Position numbers and translations under genes: made by a program
Part shown: positions 35,563-49,786 of the stretch, piece after piece
How positions within the stretch are numbered: position 1 is the stretch's first letter
How the letters are laid out: each line of letters begins with the position of its first letter
Notes under the pieces: model-generated
What the model saw: only the letters and a program-made list of their open reading frames with translations
Database searches by the model: none
What the model was told of the DNA's origin: nothing
NCBI GenBank assembly: GCA_002269645.1
Contig: NIVC01000119.1
Coordinates: 353,585-417,584 of the forward strand
DNA from: Macrostomum lignano
Taxonomy: Eukaryota
DNA: 64,000 bases
Direction: 5' to 3'

Positions 35563-36079
35563 CCTCCCTCTCGGTGCAATATGAAACTTACAATCAGAGC
35601 TCTAACTACATATGAGAATAATTATTATGGGCCTGAAAAGGTCAGCAACAATCCGAACTGAAATTTTCTGTACAAAATCAGCGCAACAGGCTATCATCAG
35701 GCCCCAGAGTCCTATCCATCATCGCACAGTATCCAACAGCAAAATGGCTAGATATGCGTGCAATATACAGAACCTTAAGCCACAGTGTGCACCTTCTTCT
35801 CCACTTTCAGTTTCTCACACGTTCTAATAATAATATATCGCTATACTTTTCTATAGCTAACAATTAAATATGGATACATTTAGGCTGGAAAGCTGTAGAA
35901 CAACAATTGTACCTTGCTACAATGCTTATTTATATATAGACTTCTACGGTTTACAATATATGTAATAACGAAGACTGAACCTGCTCTCACTTATTTTTTG
36001 CCCTAGCAGGTTATGTGGTTGCAAAAACTGAGAAGGTTGAGAAACAAACAGGATCAATAGGAGAGTTAAGGAAAGGGTA

Positions 36080-36675
36080 GGGGGGGTTGGTGGAGGGTAG
36101 AGAGAGCTAAGGAGGGGTTGCTGGAGGGTAGAGAGAGCTAAGGAGGGGTTGCTGGAGGGTGAGGGAGCTAAGAAAGGGTTGCTGGAGGGTGAGGGAGCTA
36201 AGGAGGGGTTGATAGAGGGTAGAGAGAGCTAAGGAGGGGTTGCTGGAGGGTAGAGAGAGAGCTAAGGAGGGTTTGTGGAGGGTAGAGAGAGCTAAGGAGG
36301 GTTTTGGGGGGGGTAAGAGAGAGCTAAGGAGGGGTTGCTGGAGGGTGAGGGAGCTAAGGAGGGGTTGTGGAGGGTAGAGAGAGCTAAGGAGGGGTTTTGG
36401 AGGGTAGAGAGAGCTAAGGAGGGGTTGTGGAGGGTAGAGAGAGCTAAGGAGGGGTTGTGGAGGGTAGAGAGAGCTAAGGAGGGGTTGTGGAGGGTAGAGA
36501 GAGCTAAGGAGGGGTTTGTGGAGGGTAGAGAGAGCTAAGGAGGGGTTTGTGGAGGGTAGAGAGAGCTAAGGAGGGGTTGTGGAGGGTAGAGAGAGCTAAG
36601 GAGGGGTTGTGGAGGGTAGAGAGAGCTAAGGAGGGTTTTGGGGGGGGGGGTAAGAGAGAGCTAAGGAGGGGTTGG
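36080..36675. repeat. About 29-30-bp G-rich minisatellite (ggagggtagagagagctaaggaggggttgt)
   Basis: Head-to-tail units. Confidence 0.94.
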
Positions 36676-36677
36676 TG

Positions 36678-36940
36678 GATGGTGGTAGCCTAGTGGTTAG
36701 AGCGTCGGGGGTTCGATTCCCGATGCCATTCGGAACAATTTGTGTCCTTGAGCAAGACACTTAACTCTGCATTGCTTCAGTTCACCCAGCTGTAAAATGG
36801 GTGCCAGCATTAGCTGGGGTAATTGAGGGTGTGTGTGTGTGTGTGGCTTCTTCAGATGCGCCGCGCAATAGCTGCGGCTGAGCTGTCGGTTGCACATCTG
36901 CCCATTAGGGCAGGTGTAATCAATTATTAAATTAATTAAG
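36678..36940 (+). mobile_element. tRNA-derived CORE-type SINE, copy 2 (deletion in the tRNA head)
   Basis: gtagcctagtggttagagcgtcgg..gggttcgattccc, then gtgtccttgagcaagacacttaac and tgtaaaatggg; body shared with copy 1. Confidence 0.85.
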
Positions 36941-37745
36941 GAAGGGGTATATAGAGAGAGAGGAACAGACAAACGCAGTTTGATTAAACAAAAAATCGCT
37001 CAAATAGCACTCAACTATCAGCAAGCATCGATTTCAATTCCATTCCTTACATTGCCTAGTCATGACAACTGGATTCCACCGAAAAGTCTGACTTCTACAA
37101 GAGTGCATGAGTACCAGAAACTATAAAAAATAACTATTAGTATGCTGCCGGCGAATTCAAAGAGGTTTTTAAAGAGCAGTTTTTTATCTCATATACACTT
37201 GCACATGTGTAGCCTGCATTCATTCATTGTGGGCGTAGCTATACGCCAAGAAAAAATGTTTTTTTTTCTTGACAATGCTAACCCCGCATTGTTTATTTTT
37301 TGCATGTACGATTGGGGCTTTGCCGACTAAGTATGGGTTTCCCGTAGCATAATCTAGTTGCATAAAGCAGAGCCTTCAGCGGGTCTTGCGCGCGCGAATA
37401 TAGCTTAGTAGTATTTCGATCTCTTTTTCTTTCATACTTTGAACCAGATTTCTGACAGGGGGGGCGCTTGCGAAGCTTCAATGTAGCAGAACTTCTCCGC
37501 ACTGCTCTGCCTGCCAGCGGATCTTTATTCTGTGAAAGAATTTTATTGGGAACCCTACCCTGCCATGCTGCATCGGCGGATGCTGGGTGGGCAAGGGGAA
37601 AATGGGGAATACACAGAATATCCGCCATTCTGTGATGAGCTGTTAATATTTGACATTAGGAATTGTCATTGCGTTCTGCTTTACTCGTAACTGTACTTCC
37701 TGACAGATTTTGTAAAGCAAAAACAGACTCTTTGATTTGTTTGTT

Positions 37746-38760
<1,015 letters not shown>

Positions 38761-39319
38761 AAGATGACAGATGGCAGTGAAAAATAGTTTAAATGCTGTC
38801 CTATTATTCTATACTACAGATTCACGGTCACACTCCGTCACTCTCACTCATCCATTGGCATCGAAGTTCTTGATCTGTTTCAGTTGAAGATCGATATTGA
38901 GTTCACAGCAAAATTTTGACTCAAAAACATATCAGTCTATTTGCATTGAGCCAAAGTACAAGTATCATATTTCGATACGATACCAGCCACTTTAATGTTT
39001 TTGAAGATACCTAGAAGCAATTTCTAAGCATGCGGTAGAGATACAAACGTAAAAATGTGTAAAAATAGTGTAAATATGTTTTATGCTTTGTATAACAAGA
39101 ATTCAGCAGATCAGGCGCACTAAAAGGCCATCATTTGGCGTGTAGCTTTCATAAAGCTTAAGATTTGTTGGGTTGGCACATTTTGGTCAGCCAAATTTGG
39201 AGTGTTTAGCTAAAAGAAAAATTATTTTATACAAAACCTGCCTGGGTGGTCAGATAGCAGACGAAGACATGTTTCTAAGAATTGTTTCGAACCAAATTTC
39301 TATCTAGATAATAATGATG

Positions 39320-40650
39320 CGATTGAGAATGAGAATGAGAGTGAGAATGAGAGTGAGAGAGTGAAAGTGACAATGAGAGTGAGAGTGAGAATGAGAGTGA
39401 AAATAAGAATGAGTGTGATAATGAGAGCGAAAATGAGAGTGAAAATAAGAATGACAATGAAAATGGGAAGGAGAATGAGAGTGAAAATGAGAGTAAGAAT
39501 AAGAGTGAGAGTGAGAATGAGAGTGAGAATGAGAGTGAAAATGAGAGTGAAAATGAGAGTAAGAATGAGAGTGAGAATGAGAGTGAAAATGAGAGTGAAA
39601 ATGAGAGTAAGAATGAGAGTGAGAGAGTGAGAGTGACAATGAGAGTGAGAGTGAGAGTAGAGTGAGAATGAGAGTGAGAATGAGAATGACAATGAAAATG
39701 GTAAGGAGAATGAGAGTGAAAATGAGAGTGAGAGTAAAAATGAGAGTGACAATGAGAGTGACAATGAAAATGGGAAGGAGAATGAGAGTGAAAATGAGAG
39801 TAAGAATGAGAGTGAGAGTGAGAATGAGAGTGAGAATGAGAGTGAAAATGAGAGTGAGAGTAAAAATGAGAGTGACAATGAGAGTGACAATGAAAATGGG
39901 AAGGAGAATGCGAGTGAAAATGAGAGTAAAATGAGAATGAGATTGACAATGAAAATGGGAAGGAGAATGAGAGTGAAAATGAGAGTGATAATGAGAGTAA
40001 GAATGAGAATGAGAGTGAGAATGAAAATGAGAGTGATAATGAGAGTGAGAATGAAAATGAGAGTGATAATGAGAGTGAGAGTGAGAATGAGAGTGAAAAT
40101 TAGAGTGAGAATGAGAGTAAGAATGAGAATGAGAGTGAGAATAAGAGTGAGAATGAAAATGAGAGTGAGAATGAGAGTGAGAATGAGAATGAGAGTGAAA
40201 ATGAGAATGAGAGTGATAATGCGAGTGAGAATGAAAATGAGAGTGATAATGAGAGTGAGAATGAGAGTGAGAATGAGAGTGAGAATGAGAGTGAGAATGA
40301 GAACGAGTCTGAGAGTGAAAATGAGAATGAAAATGAAAATGAGAGTGATAATGAAAATGAGATTGAGTGAGAGTAAAAATGAGATTGAAAATGAGAATAA
40401 GAATGAGAATGAGAGTGAGAATAAGAGTGAGAATGAGAACGAGTCTGAGAGTAAAAATGAGAATGAGATTGACAATGAAAATGGGAAGGAGAATGAGAGT
40501 GAGAATGAGAATGAGAGTGAGACTGAGAATGAGAGTGAGAATGAGAACGAGTCTGAGAGTGAAAATGAGAATGAGAATGAAAATGAGAGTGATAATGAAA
40601 ATGAGATTGAGTGAGAGTAAAAATGAGAGTGAAAATGATAGTGAGAATGA
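39320..40650. repeat. Degenerate hexamer (GAGAAT/GAGAGT/GAAAAT)n array
   Basis: Direct reading; source of the MRVR/ENES/HSHS pseudo-ORFs. Confidence 0.95.
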
Positions 40651-41116
40651 GGCTGAAAGTGAGGTTTTATCTGAACTAACTACACCAATTAGAGCTCAAT
40701 CCAACCAGCTCCGGCCGAAACAGTCATTAATCACTGAGCCATTTTCTTCGGTGCAAACTTGAATTTCGGTTTGAATTTGAACTGAATAAGAAGCCAAGCG
40801 CAGAGCTGCAGAGTGGATTTTTCAACTTTAACCGTCTCGCTGAAGCAGACTTGCCCGCCCCCTACTTCTGCTCTCCTGGGAATGAATCGAAGTTGAACTA
40901 AACAATATATTGTAGCAAATTTCAGAGGAACAGACGCGAGCGGTGTTCCAGCGGCGCTTTAAAGAACTGCCGAACTTTTCGACACGCGCAAAGGAAGCTT
41001 TAACTAAATTTTTTTCTGCTTGCGGTGATATAAATGCACGCGCTAAACTTTTTCAACTGGGGGGCTCGAAATTCGATGGCAGTTGATAAGGTAGGTGTGA
41101 AATTCATGCACTGATG

Positions 41117-41490
<374 letters not shown>

Positions 41491-41759
41491 CACGGCACAC
41501 GCCATAAATGTGATGCGTACAAATTTGCCAAAAACCAATTACTTTTACTCACTTGAAATCCAATCCTCGATGTCTGAGCTGTTTTGAAAATTGTCAAGTT
41601 TGTCGATGGCTATAAAGATAAATTAATTTTATTGCGAATAAAAAGTTGTTTAAATGTTTCCAGTTGAATTTTTGCTGAGAGAGAGATCGATATAGTTAGC
41701 TGGCGTGTGTGTAACTTCGTGTAACGTTATACATAAAGAGCCAAGCTAAATAAAAGTAT

Positions 41760-41880
41760 TCCAACAGAGCCATCTAAAGCCGAACCAATGGCTGGCAGGC
41801 GGCACGCCTTTTGATTGGCCGCCAGAACCGCATACTTGATTCGGACGTCCGAACATTTCTGTACCAGTTTTTTACGGTCT
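41760..41880. promoter_or_regulatory. Small GC-rich island with two oppositely oriented CCAAT boxes
   Basis: gaaCCAATggc and ttgATTGGccg about 30 bp apart; no gene assigned. Confidence 0.3.
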
Positions 41881-41919
41881 CTAACAGAATCCCCGAGTTA
41901 AAAGCTAGTCAATCAATGC

Positions 41920-42450
41920 CATATGATGTGAAGGATGGGGAACGTGAAAAATGGGGAATGTGAAAGATGGGGACTGTGAAGGAAGGGGAATGTGAAGGAA
42001 GGGGAATGTGAGTGATGGGGAATGTAAAAGATGGAGAATGTGAAGGATGGGGAATGTGAAGGATGGGGAATGTGAAGGATGGGGAATGTGAAGGATGGGG
42101 AATGTGAAAGATGGGGAATGTGAAGGATGGGGAATGTAAAAGATGGGGAATATGAAGGATGGAGAATGTGAAGGATGGGGAATGTGAAGGATAGAGAATG
42201 TAAAAGATGGAGAATGTGATGGGGAATGTGATGGGGATGGGGAATGTGAAGGATGGGGAATGTAAAAGATGGGGAATATGAAGGATGGAGAATGTGAAGG
42301 ATGGGGAATGTAAAAGATGGGGAATATGAAGGATGGAGAATGTGAAGGATGGGGAATGTGAAGGATGGAGAATGTAAAAGATGGAGAATGTGATGGGGAA
42401 TGTGATGGGGATGGGGAATGTGAAGGATGGGGAATGTGAAGGATGGAGAA
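41920..42450. repeat. 16-bp G-rich minisatellite (gtgaaggatggggaat)
   Basis: Head-to-tail units. Confidence 0.94.
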
Positions 42451-42844
42451 GTCATAAAAGCGGAATAATTATATTGCATATATATTATGTATTACACACT
42501 TCAACTTTTAAAGCTTTGGACGAAATTAATGTCTTTGCTCTTACCTGGGGCATGGGGGTCCCTCCCGATCTGTGCGTAAGCTTAAAAAAGCTTCAGTTAC
42601 AGTGACCCAGCTTACAGACTAAGCAAGACTTTATGTAAGCAGAGCTTATCACACGAACTTGCGCGTTTGTACGCACTGAAATAGAAATCACTGAGGGATG
42701 CATGGGGAGATAGATGTTGGACAGGTATTGAAGGAAAGAGGAATGGGCTTAGTGTGCAGAACTTGTAATTCCCTGTAACAATTGGTTAGCTGCGTGTGGA
42801 GAATGGGAGAGGTATGGCTTCTACATATAATTCTATCTACAGCA

Positions 42845-42922
42845 GATAGATAGATAGATAGATAAATAGATAGACAGATAGATAGATAGATAAATAGATA
42901 GACAGATAGATAGATAGATAAT

Positions 42923-42971
<49 letters not shown>

Positions 42972-43009
42972 CAGATAGATAGATAGATAATATAGATAGA
43001 TAGATAGAC

Positions 43010-43064
<55 letters not shown>

Positions 43065-43570
43065 TAGATAGATAGATAGTAGATAGCGAGAAAGAGCGAG
43101 CGAAGCGAGCTCTTTCGAGTTTGCTTGCCGCAGCCAATCAAGCTGAAAGCACGCACACAAGATCACCGGAAACGATTAAGGCAGCTGGAAAGCCAATGGG
43201 CGCGGTAAGCGCTTTTATCCAGAGGAACTACCTGCTGGAACCAGACATACCGAACGAAAATCAGACTACTCAAGTAGTGCAAAAGAGTACGTGCAACTAC
43301 CGAGAAATCTAATTTTCGTAACCGCTCCGGTGCAGGTCCTGGCTATAGATAGTAGATAGCGAGAAAGAGCGAGCGAAGCGAGCTCTTTCGAGTTTGCTTG
43401 CCGCAGCCAATCAAGCTGAAAGCACGCACACAAGATCACCGGAAACGATTAAGGCAGCTGGAAAGCCAATGGGCGCGGCAAGCGCTTTTATCCAGAGGAA
43501 CTACCTGCTGGAACCAGCCATGCCGACAGACAGACAGACAGACAGACAGACAGATAGATAGATAGATAGA
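42845..43570. repeat. (GATA)/(GACA) microsatellites flanking a directly duplicated unique segment (43075-43250 repeated at about 43349-43520)
   Basis: gatagtagatagcgagaaagagcgagcg...ctacctgctggaaccag occurs twice, about 275 bp apart. Confidence 0.88.
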
Positions 43571-44249
43571 TAGGAAAATCACTATGCAATGCGGCACACC
43601 CATAGCTGCATTAGCAATTTGCTTCAAATCGTTAAAAATGTGGTTCCAAGTTGAGCTCTCAGCAAGGCGAGGTCAATAACTAATATCCAGATAATAAATT
43701 AGGCAGGCCGCACGTGTTCAAGACTTCCACTCCGGTATCTGGGCCGCAGCGGAGCAGCCAAATAATCGGGGCATATCAGGCCGCCCCAGCCTCAGACTCG
43801 ACTTGAAATTCTGCCCGAGATTCCAGCCAATGAAAGCCCGCCAGATTAACAATTGCCCACAATCCAAACTGTGTTGACACTTCAGCACTAGGGCTAATGG
43901 ATTATACATATTATAGCGTTATTTATGCTGAAGCAATGAGGCAAAACACTGCGGCATTGTTATAGTTGGTATCTAGGCCTGCACGCATTGCCCATAACTT
44001 TCACTTCTATTCTTAGATTGCTTACAATTCCAGTTTTCAGAACAGCGCCAACTCGAGACCCAGTTCTCAGACTTACAGAGCCAACCGTATCAACAGGCAC
44101 ACAAGCAAATGTTAATTTTTTTATTACTGCTGCTAAACAATTGCAAATTTGTCGAAATTTAACCATCATATCGGATTGCACCGAATGACTAAACTGACTA
44201 AAATGTTTCTAGTGATGTGTCCACATAGAAAATCATTAAAATTATCAGT

Positions 44250-46258
44250 ATGAACACCCTGCAACGACTCTAGATACCATCTGAACACACTGAAGCGACT
44301 CTTGATACCATCTGAACACCCTGCAACGACTCTAGATACCATCTGAACACACTGAAGCGACTCTTGATAAAATCTGAACACACTGAAGCGACTCTTGATA
44401 CCATCTGAACACACTGAAGCGACTCTTGATACCAACTGAACACTCTGAAGCGACTCTTGATACCATCTGAACACACTGAAGCGACTCTTGATACCATCTG
44501 AACACTCTGAAGCGACTCTTGATACCATCTGAACACACTGAAGCGACTCTTGATGCCATCTGAACACACTGAAGCGACTCTTGATAAAATCTGAACACAC
44601 TGAAGCGACTCTTGATGCCATCTGAACACACTGAAGCGACTCTTGATAAAATCTGAACACACTGAAGCGAATCTTGATACCATCTGAACACACTGAAGCG
44701 ACTCTAGATACCATCTGAACACACTGAAGCGACTCTAGATACCATCTGAACACACTGAAGCGACTCTTGATACCATCTGAACACCCTGCAACGACTCTAG
44801 ATACCATCTGAACACACTGAAGCGACTCTTGATACCATCTGAACACACTGAAGCGACTCTTGATACCATCTGAACACACTGAAGCGACTCTTGATACCAT
44901 CTGAACACTCTGAAGCGACTCTTGATACCATCTGAACACACTGAAGCGACTCTTGATACCATCTGAACACTCTGAAGCGACTCTTGATACCATCTGAACA
45001 CACTGAAGCGACTCTTGATGCCATCTGAACACACTGAAGCGACTCTTGATAAAATCTGAACACACTGAAGCGACTCTTGATGCCATCTGAACACACTGAA
45101 GCGACTCTTGATAAAATCTGAACACACTGAAGCGACTCTTGATACCATCTGAACACTCTGAAGCGACTCTTGATACCATCTGAACACACTGAAGCGACTC
45201 TTGATACCATCTGAACACACTGAAGCGACTCTTGATACCATCTGAACACACTGAAGCGACTCTTGATACCATCTGAACACACTGAAGCGACTCTTGATAC
45301 CATCTGAACACTCTGAAGCGACTCTTGATACCATCTGAACACACTGAAGCGACTCTTGATACCATCTGAACACACTGAAGCGACTCTTGATAAAATCTGA
45401 ACACACTGAAGCGACTCTTGATAAAATCTGAACACACTGAAGCGACTCTTGATACCATCTGAACACACTGAAGCGACTCTTGATGCCATCTGAACACACT
45501 GAAGCGACTCTTGATACCATATGAACACACTGAAGCGACTCTTGATACCATCTGAACACACTGAAGCGACTCTTGATGCCATCTGAACACACTGAAGCGA
45601 CTCTTGATAAAATCTGAACACACTGAAGCGACTCTTGATACCATCTGAACACACTGAAGCGACTCTTGATACCATCTGAACACACTGAAGCGACTCTTGA
45701 TACCATCTGAACACACTGAAGCAACTCTTGATACCATCTGAACACACTGAAGCGACTCTTGATACCATCTGAACACACTGAAGCGACTCTTGATACCATC
45801 TGAACACACTGAAGCGACTCTTGATACCATCTGAACACTCTGAAGCGACTCTTGATACCATCTGAACACACTGAAGCGACTCTAGATACCATCTGAACAC
45901 ACTGAAGCGACTCTTGATACCATCTGAACACACTGAAGCGACTCTTGATACCATCTGAACACACTGAAGCGACTCTTGATACCATCTGAACACACTGAAG
46001 CGACTCTTGATACCATCTGAACACACTGAAGCGACTCTTGATACCATCTGAACACACTGAAGCGACTCTTGATACCATCTGAACACACTGAAGCGACTCT
46101 TGATACCATCTGAACACACTGAAGCGACTCTTGATACCATCTGAACACTCTGAAGCGACTCTTGATACCATCTGAACACACTGAAGCGACTCTTGATACC
46201 ATCTAAACACTCTGAAGCGACTCTAGATACCATCTGAACACTCTGAAGCGACTCTGAT
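44250..46258. repeat. 31-bp satellite (gataccatctgaacacactgaagcgactctt), about 64 very homogeneous copies
   Basis: Head-to-tail units; explains the 478-567 aa pseudo-ORFs. Confidence 0.97.
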
Positions 46259-46899
46259 GCCGTCTGAAGACTTAAGCGCTAATAAAATGCATATAACCAA
46301 TTACTAAAAGATTAATGCAATGCAAAGACTGACAGAAGTTTGCAATTACACAAATTTGTAATTAGAGAAAGAAAATAACGGTGTTTATGAGTCTCGTGTT
46401 TATGCAATTGATTTCAGTTTAAGCAAACATGACGGTTGTTAAGTTTAAAAAGCACATAGCCAATAATTTAAAGGTTGTTCTGTACAGTGTTTCAACAGTC
46501 TGTACAGGTGGTACATTGCAAAGCACACTAAACAAATAGAGGTCATACTGTACTGCTAAATTAAACTTCAACTTATATTAAAACAAAGAGAACCTTAAAA
46601 TAAACGATAATTAAAAAACAGAAAAGTCCTACTTTAAATTAGTAGTTCAGTTAGGAAAAAACAATTTTTTGTCATAAAACTATTAGTTTTACAAGAATAG
46701 GCTGTCCCGCAAAGGTTTAAGTTAAGGATGGGAAATATTTATAGAATAATAAAATGACCATGACCAAGTTAACAGCACAGTATTACAGAACAGAGGAGCG
46801 GAATTCAATATTTAAATCACTTACAGCATCTACTCAATCATTGTTATGGAGTATAAGATTCACACTTAGGCTATTTAGTACAAAGGAAAACTGAAGAGT

Positions 46900-47920
46900 G
46901 TGTTGACTGCACGAGAGTGACTGGCTAGAGTGCAGAGACTACGGCGGAGTGACCGGAGAGTGCTTAGGCTACGTGAGAACAATTTATTAGTCTTTAGACT
47001 ACAAGAGATCTGGAGTGCCCAGACTACGGGAGAGTGGCCGGAGAGTATTTAGAACAAGGGGGAGTATTGGAGAGTGCTTAGACTACGGGAGAGTGGCCGG
47101 AGGATGCTCGGACAACGGGAGTGACAGGAGAGTACTTATACTACAGAGGAGTGATCAGAGAGTGCTTAGACTACGGGGGAGTGATTGGAGAGTGCTCAGA
47201 CTACAGGAGAGTAACATGAGAGTACTTAGACTACGGGAGAGTGATTAGAGAGTGCTTAGACTACGGTAGAGTAATGAGAGCGCTTAGACTACGGGAAGAG
47301 TGACCGGGGAGTGCTTAGACTACGGGAGAGGGATCAGAGAGTGCTCAGACTACAGGAGAGTGATCAGAGAGTACTTAGAAGTCGGGGGAGTGATTGAAGA
47401 GTGCTCAGACTACAGGAGAGTAACATGAGAGTACTTAGACTACGGGAGAGTGATTAGAGAGTGCTTAGACTACGGTAGAGTAATGAGAGCGCTTAGACTA
47501 CGGGAAGAGTGACCGGGGAGTGCTTAGACTACGGGAGAGGGATCAGAGAGTGCTCAGACTACAGGAGAGTGATTAGAGAGTACTTAGAAGTCGGGGGAGT
47601 GATTGAAGAGTGCTCAGACTACAGGAGAGTAACATGAGAGTACTTAGACTACGGGAGAGTGATTAGAGAGTGCTTAGACTACGGTAGAGTAATGAGAGCG
47701 CTTAGACTACGGGAAGAGTGACCGGGGAGTGCTTAGACTACGGGAGAGGGATCAGAGAGTGCTCAGACTACAGGAGAGTGATCAGAGAGTACTTAGAAGT
47801 CGGGGGAGTGATTGAAGAGTGCTCAGACTACAGGAGAGTAACATGAGAGTTCTCAGACTACGGGAGAGTGACCGGAGAGTACTTAGAAGACGGGGGAGTG
47901 ATTGGAGTGTGCTCAGAGTA
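46900..47920. repeat. About 30-bp monomer satellite with a 209-bp (7-mer) higher-order repeat
   Basis: The marker agtgctcagactacaggagagtaacatg recurs at 47191, 47400, 47609 and 47818 (period 209). Confidence 0.92.
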
Positions 47921-48031
47921 CAAAAAGTTCAGAAAGCTTCGTAAAAAAACAATAAAAACCCAATTTAAATTCAGATTTTGCAGTCTGTTTCGTACAGTTT
48001 GGGAAATTGGAAAACAAAATCGCGTAACATA

Positions 48032-48226
48032 TTAGTTTAAATTGGCGTCCATCAGTTTGTTAGCAAAGAAGTCCACCTCTCGCCTGTCGGGATAGGCGGC
48101 CAGAATGTCCGGGAGCAGGCGGATCCGCTCGATAGGCAGCATTTCGGACAGTTGTTGCTCTAATTTGCGCTCACATTCCGGAGAGCGAGGCCGATTTTGC
48201 AGTAGGCTGCCACTGGCAACGCGAGT

Positions 48227-48258
<32 letters not shown>

Positions 48259-48435
48259 TCGACTTCTGCTTTTGCTGCTTCTGCTTTTGTTGATTCTGAG
48301 CTCCGGCTGGACTGCAGGAGCGACCCGCGGCGGCGCCGTGAGCAGAGTCAGAATAGCCGCCGGGATTATTGCCGCCTTTGTTGTTGTTGCTGTTACGCCA
48401 GCGACTCGTCGGGCTGACGCGACCCAAGTCGACAA
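48032..48435 (-). CDS. N4BP1: N4BP1/KHNYN-like, exon 5 (polyQ + C-terminal CUBAN/CoCUN-like domain)
   Basis: Acceptor cacatttcttAG|TT (phase 1). RSPECERKLEQQLSEMLP...DILAAYPDRREVDFFANKLM resembles the N4BP1/KHNYN C-terminal ubiquitin-binding domain. Confidence 0.8.
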
Positions 48436-48519
48436 CTAAGAAATGTGGGAATTTCATGGACGCTTTTTGGTTATAAATTTAATTAGCAAAGTTGGAGCAA
48501 CCTGCTAGTGAGACTCGGG

Positions 48520-48870
48520 AGAGATTACACATGTTCCTAAGGACGCAGAACAGGGGCGATTACACTGCATGTTGCTAAGGACGCGAACAGCTGAGCAATC
48601 GTGGGTGTTGCTAAGGACGCACAACCGGGGCGATTATACTGTTGCCAAGGCCACAGAATAAGGAAAATCATGGCGTTGCTAAGGACGCAGAAAAGAAGCA
48701 ATCATGGCGTTGCTAAGGACGCCGAATGAGACAATTACATCGTTGGTAAAGACACAGAATGGGCCAATTACTTTGTTGCTAAGGGCACAGAATGGCGGGC
48801 AATCAATTACACCGTTGCTAAGGACACAGAATGGCGGGCAATCAATTACACCGTTGCTAAGGGCACAAAT
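48520..48870. repeat. Degenerate about 40-bp intronic repeat (gttgctaaggacgcagaa...caattacacc)
   Basis: Recurrent gttgctaagg units. Confidence 0.8.
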
Positions 48871-48898
48871 CCCCCTAAAAATGCACAAGCAAGCTCAC

Positions 48899-49200
48899 AA
48901 TTTCTGAAGTTCGGATTGCTGCCACTGCTAGGAACGGTGGCCCTCTCAGGCGCTAGATCCACCTTGCTGAGCAGCTGATCTCGGGTCGGCTTCCCAGGAC
49001 CCAGCGGATCGATAGCCGGCATGAAGACCTGGCGAGCGAAGCAGAATGTGATCACCCTGTCGGTGATAATTTTTCTCTGCTTCTCATCCGTATGCTCGTC
49101 CGATAGCAGATCGCGGAAATTGTCATTGGAGACCACCACCCCATCTTTCTGAGCGGCGTAGTCGAGAATAAATCTGTCTTCGTAGCTGGCCACTCCGTGT
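48899..49200 (-). CDS. N4BP1: N4BP1/KHNYN-like, exon 4 (NYN/PIN domain, C-terminal half)
   Basis: Encodes (R)HGVASYEDRFILDYAAQKDGVVVSNDNFRD...RVITFCFARQVFMPAIDPLGPGKP (Regnase/N4BP1 YDD, SNDxxRD and FMPxxDPLG motifs); AG/GT flanks, phases match. Confidence 0.92.
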
Positions 49201-49244
49201 CTGTTTTAAAAGGGCCGGGTTTGCGTTTACTGTGAAGCCTTTTG

Positions 49245-49770
49245 GAGTTATCAATCAGCCAATCATCCAACGAGCCAGTCAATCAACTAATCAATAAATC
49301 AATCAGCCAATCAATCAATAAATGAGCCAGTCAATCAATCAATCAATCGACTAATCAATAAATTAATCAATCAATCAGCCAATAAATCAATCATCCAGCC
49401 AATCAATCAATCAAACAATTTATCAATTTATCAGCCAATTAATCAATGGGCCAATAAATAAATCAATCAGTCAATCAGCCAATAAATCAATCAATAAATC
49501 AGCCCAATCAATCAGCCAATAAATTAATCAATCAATCAATCAGCCAATAAATAAATAAATCAGTCAATCAGCCAATAAATCAATCAATAAATCAATAAAT
49601 CAATAAATCAGCCTAATCAATCAGCCAATAAATTAATCAACCAATCAATCAGCCAATAAATAAATCAATCAGTCAATCAGCCAATAAATCAATCAATAAA
49701 TCAATAAATCAGCCCAATCAATCAATCAATCAATAAATCAGCCCAATCAACCAATTAGCCAATGAATCAA
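49245..49770. repeat. (AATC)n-rich intronic microsatellite
   Basis: Direct reading. Confidence 0.93.
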
Positions 49771-49786
49771 GCAGCAATTCCCTCAC

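Noticed and set aside
37293-37628. 111-aa minus-strand ORF with an upstream AG
   Set aside because: No recognisable domain and no phase-compatible partner exons could be established.
44166-46233. 478-567 aa ORFs
   Set aside because: Translations of the 31-bp satellite (93-bp periodicity); no flanking coding context.
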